From Isurus oxyrinchus (taxonomy: Eukaryota): a stretch of DNA of 64,000 bases. The translations under genes were made by a program, and so were the position numbers. Positions 60,631 to 64,000 of this stretch are shown here, in pieces. The notes under the pieces are model-generated. The model saw nothing but the letters and a program-made list of their open reading frames with translations. It had not been told where the DNA came from and did no database searches. The DNA is taken from contig JANJGN010000089.1 of assembly GCA_026770705.1 (NCBI GenBank), positions 1,240,001 through 1,304,000 of the forward strand, in the 5' to 3' direction. Each line of letters opens with the position of its first letter. Positions within the stretch are counted from its first letter, which is position 1.

Positions 60631-61237
60631 CCCTTCGACCTTCCTTCTTCTGTAGTACTGGAATGACTGTCACTGTGGCTGCTTTTGCTGACTTTTCCAA
60701 AGTTGTGCCTAATTATTCGCAGCCTTCTCTGGCCTGCTTTTTAAACGGTTTGCTTTATTTTATTATTTATTTGACTCACAGTCGCTCACTCTCAATCCAT
60801 TCCAGGCCCTGGACAGTCGCATATCTTGACTGACCCAATCTAGTGCTGGTCCTCGTGACACCCTTTCCCACTCACAGAAGTGACATGCCATACATTTCAA
60901 TCTAACCATGAGGGGTCCGTCTGCTACCCTGCGCTTCATTTGAACACTATCTGACTCTGTCCTACAAGCTTTCTTGGACAGACAAAACGCTGGCTTCTCA
61001 AGGCTCTCCGATTTCCGACTTACTTGCTATCTGATCAATACGTCAAGAGTCGCCTCATGCTATGTAGCAGAAGCTGATACTGTTCACTAATCGTATCTGT
61101 ATTCAATCTTACAGCTAGTCTGTCTGACCACAGCTGAACACCATTTCCTGTTGTTTAAAACATATAGTCACCAAAACCCATTCAGATGTTGGGTAAATGC
61201 ATTGAGATACTTCAACGCATTCAATTGACTGTTATCA

Positions 61238-61309
61238 GTGATTGTGGTCTAGTGATGGACATAGCTGCTTTCCAAGCAGTTGATGTGGGCTCAATTCCCA
61301 ACAATCGCA
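61238..61309 (+). tRNA. tRNA-Gly(TCC)-derived gene, probably a pseudogene
   Basis: GTGATTGTGGTCTAGTGATGGACATAGCTGCTTTCCAAGCAGTTGATGTGGGCTCAATTCCCAACAATCGCA: 72 nt, acceptor and anticodon stems pair, TCC anticodon; D-loop GG and T54 are mutated. Confidence 0.88.
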
Positions 61310-62358
61310 GTTTGTTCATTTCAAATCTCTGAGAGCAAGCAAGTTTTGCTGAGATGAAATTTTGCTCCAAAAACGCACGCGGCTGTAATTCAAGCAAAGC
61401 AATTTCCAAGCTCCATTTACATAACAGAGAAGTGAAGTCTTGGAGGGATTTGAAAGTGAGGATGAGGATTTTATAATTGAGGAATTGCCGTATGAGGAGT
61501 TAGTTTACTGGGTCAGCAATCACAGGGGTGATTGGTGCGGTTTCATATATTTAGATTAGGGACATAGAAATATTTATCCAGAGGTAGAAATCTTGAATGC
61601 ATCACAACTGTTCTGCTCACAGGCAGCAGTGAAACTAAGACTGGATTGCACGGTCCATTTCCTTTCTAGTTTGTCAGGCTGCTGTCTCTTAAACGCAAAT
61701 TACAACACCTATGTACATTTTATCCTAGAATATGCAGGATGTCAACTGATATATCGGGGTATGACCTAATTACTTCAGATAGAACATAAATGCACAAGGA
61801 ACTGAGCAGGGCATTGACCGCTTCACAGGAAAAATTGAGATGGGAAAGCGATGAAATACTGAAAGAATTAATCTCAAAAAAAGGATAAATACGGGAAAAA
61901 CCCTGAAGCTCTGACAGTTTCGCGCAGCGGGTCTGTTATTTAAAGATTCTATAGACCTGTAATATTGATCTACCCTTCCTCTTTCGGACCTGATTGCATC
62001 ACCTTCTGTTCTTATTTCAGATTCCCAGCGTGAGTTATCTGTCCCTTTCTGAACAATTAATCAATCTCTGTGCTGATATCAATATCCAAATAAAGAAATG
62101 GGAAGCAGCAGAAGGAAAGGTTTAATGGAATTAATGAATTTTATTTAATGTGGTTAAACCTATCCTGGCTCCACACTAAAGTTCAGCAATGAGGAACAAA
62201 CCTGAGTAACATTCTAAATGGATTGTAAGTGGAGGTTGTAAATCTTTGTATTTGAATAACAGCTGCATGCTTTTTCCATGCAAGATCTCAGCGATTCTGA
62301 TCAAATAAAGCTCCGAGTGTGGGGTTACTTATTTGAGAGGTTTTAAAAATCAACAAAC

Positions 62359-62431
62359 TGCGATGTCGGGGAATTGAACCAGAGTCAACAGCTTGAAAAA
62401 GCAAGACCGCACACTACTATCCCACCATCGC
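62359..62431 (-). tRNA. tRNA-Gly(TCC)-derived pseudogene
   Basis: Reverse complement GCGATGGTGGGATAGTAGTGTGCGGTCTTGCTTTTTCAAGCTGTTGACTCTGGTTCAATTCCCCGACATCGCA; anticodon loop mutated to an internal T5. Confidence 0.8.
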
Positions 62432-62439
62432 TGAATTGG

Positions 62440-63060
62440 GTACTTTCACAGCAGCAAACTGTCCCAAGGCACTTAAGAACGTTATCATTAAAAATATGGC
62501 TGATGCTCAGCGACTGATGGAGAACTTAGGTCTGGTGACAAAAGCTTTCTCTGAGAGGGAGATTTTAAGGAGTTTCCAAAAGATGAGAGGGAGCTCGAGA
62601 AGTGGGGCGGTTTGGGAAGGGCGCCCATGATTTTAGACCAGGTCAGGTGAATGCACGGTTGTCAATGCAGTAGAGAGTAAAACCCATTATGTGCAAGATG
62701 ACAGTAGAGCAGAAGTAAGGAAGTTTTCTTGGGCTGGAGGAGGTTAAATAGAAATAGAGGGGTGAATTCAGGGAGATATTTTAAAGTCAGGATGAGTGTT
62801 TTAAATATGAGGCATTGCCGGGTTAGGCGTCAGTGTCGGTCAGAAAACATGGGGGTGATTGGTGAACTGAACTTTGTTCAGGTGAAGTTCCAGGAAGCAG
62901 AATTTTGGTTTAGCACAGGTGTATGTAGGGTGGAGATGGGAGGCCGGCCAGGGGAACACTGGAATAGTCAAGACCTGAGTGAACGAAGACATGGATGAGA
63001 GTTTCAGCAGCAGGTGAACTGAGGCAGGAACGGACTTGGCCGATGTTTATGATGTGCAAG
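62440..63060 (-). mobile_element. L2 LINE 3' fragment (paralogue of 35925-36490)
   Basis: SPAAETLIHVFVHSGLDYSSVPLAGLP; same 5' truncation point and flank as the 35.9-kb copy. Confidence 0.85.
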
Positions 63061-64000
63061 TCCATTCTGTTCATCTGATAACATCCTGTCAGAGTCTCTA
63101 TTATCATGCAGTTTTATCAGATATATTGGAGGGGAAAATAGATACAGCGTCAAGTATTATTGATCAATGTTGGGATTTTTGCTGTATCTGTATTTCTCGA
63201 AAACTATGCCAGTGCCGGACTTTTCACATTTCATTGCAATTCGAAACTGAACAGAATATCCCAGAATGTGGCCAAGGACTGACAGCCTTTAAGTCTGACA
63301 TTTTCCCCTTGAAGTAGCCCAATTGGGAGCATTTCCTGCAGGACATTTGTTGTTCATGAACTATTAATATCAATAATTTGTGGGTTCACTGAGGAGGATG
63401 AAGTGTCAGTGAACAGACTGGAGTGTCACAGTTATTCTGTTCCCACTCTCCAGCTCCCAGCCTTTTAGTGAGGAATCGGTCTCCCAGGGATTCTGTTGTC
63501 CCCATTTTCGCCCGATTCCCGACTTTTAACATTGAGTGAACTGGCAGCTGCCAGTAACTCCAGCATTGGGATCCTGGTGAGTTCATTGTGTTCAGTGTTT
63601 AAACAGCACAATAACAAACAAGGTTCATGAGGAATATCATAAATCAGATTCAGGATTGTATGAGGTCACGGGGGCAATGTGCGCTCTCGACCTTCTGATT
63701 CAGGTTCCTGAACGTTACGGAAAAATAAATTATATTTGTTGCATTGTTGCTGTTGTGGTCGTATGGATTATTAGATGATGCGTCTCACTTCTGTTTGTCG
63801 TGCAAGGTTGTCAGAAGATTGTCGGGCAGAGTCCTACAATTTTTCTTATCATTGTTCCATGCAGATAAATTGCCTTGTACAGAAGTTCTAGCGCACTTTG
63901 TGTGTAGAATTATTTTTCAATTTCCCGCAGTAAAATCTCTGGCTTTAAATCTTCGATGGTGGCACTGAGTCGTCTGTTCACAGTCAAGGGGAATTGTTTC

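Larger units (their letters stand above)
62000..63620 (-). repeat. Segmental duplication unit, copy 2 (inverted)
   Basis: Collinear with 35340-36840, including unique sequence on both sides of the L2 fragment and the tRNA-Gly. Confidence 0.85.

Noticed and set aside
1-64000. Immunoglobulin/TCR segments or RSS motifs
   Set aside because: Scattered CACAGTG heptamers occur, but I found none with a nonamer at 12/23 spacing and no Ig-domain ORF

Overview
Vertebrate, repeat-dense genomic DNA. The repeat and gene families point to a cartilaginous fish (shark/elasmobranch); this is an inference, not a database result. I see no intact protein-coding gene, and nearly all ORFs in the track are chance ORFs or fragments of decayed transposable elements. 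Recognisable content: (i) many decayed retroelements (CR1 LINEs including a near full-length copy at ~47.9-51.1 kb, a second CR1/L2-group LINE family with a tRNA-like head, L2, RTE, Tx1, Penelope terminal fragments, a Gmr1-type Gypsy with integrase upstream of RT, an LTR/ERV-like element with a tRNA-Ser PBS) and a Harbinger DNA transposon; (ii) a two-exon GPR139/GPR142-like GPCR pseudogene (38449-40906) preceded by a 46-bp minisatellite; (iii) at least nine degenerate tRNA gene copies (Lys x2, Glu, Gly x4, Ile, Asp) that the ORF track does not show. Several of these sit in old paralogous blocks: 25.3-25.95 kb matches 54.97-55.64 kb (direct) and 35.3-36.8 kb matches 62.0-63.6 kb (inverted). The best reading is a birth-and-death graveyard of tRNA-carrying duplication units next to multigene-family (GPCR, possibly NLR) remnants. 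All alignments were done by eye and element boundaries are approximate unless exact motifs are quoted.
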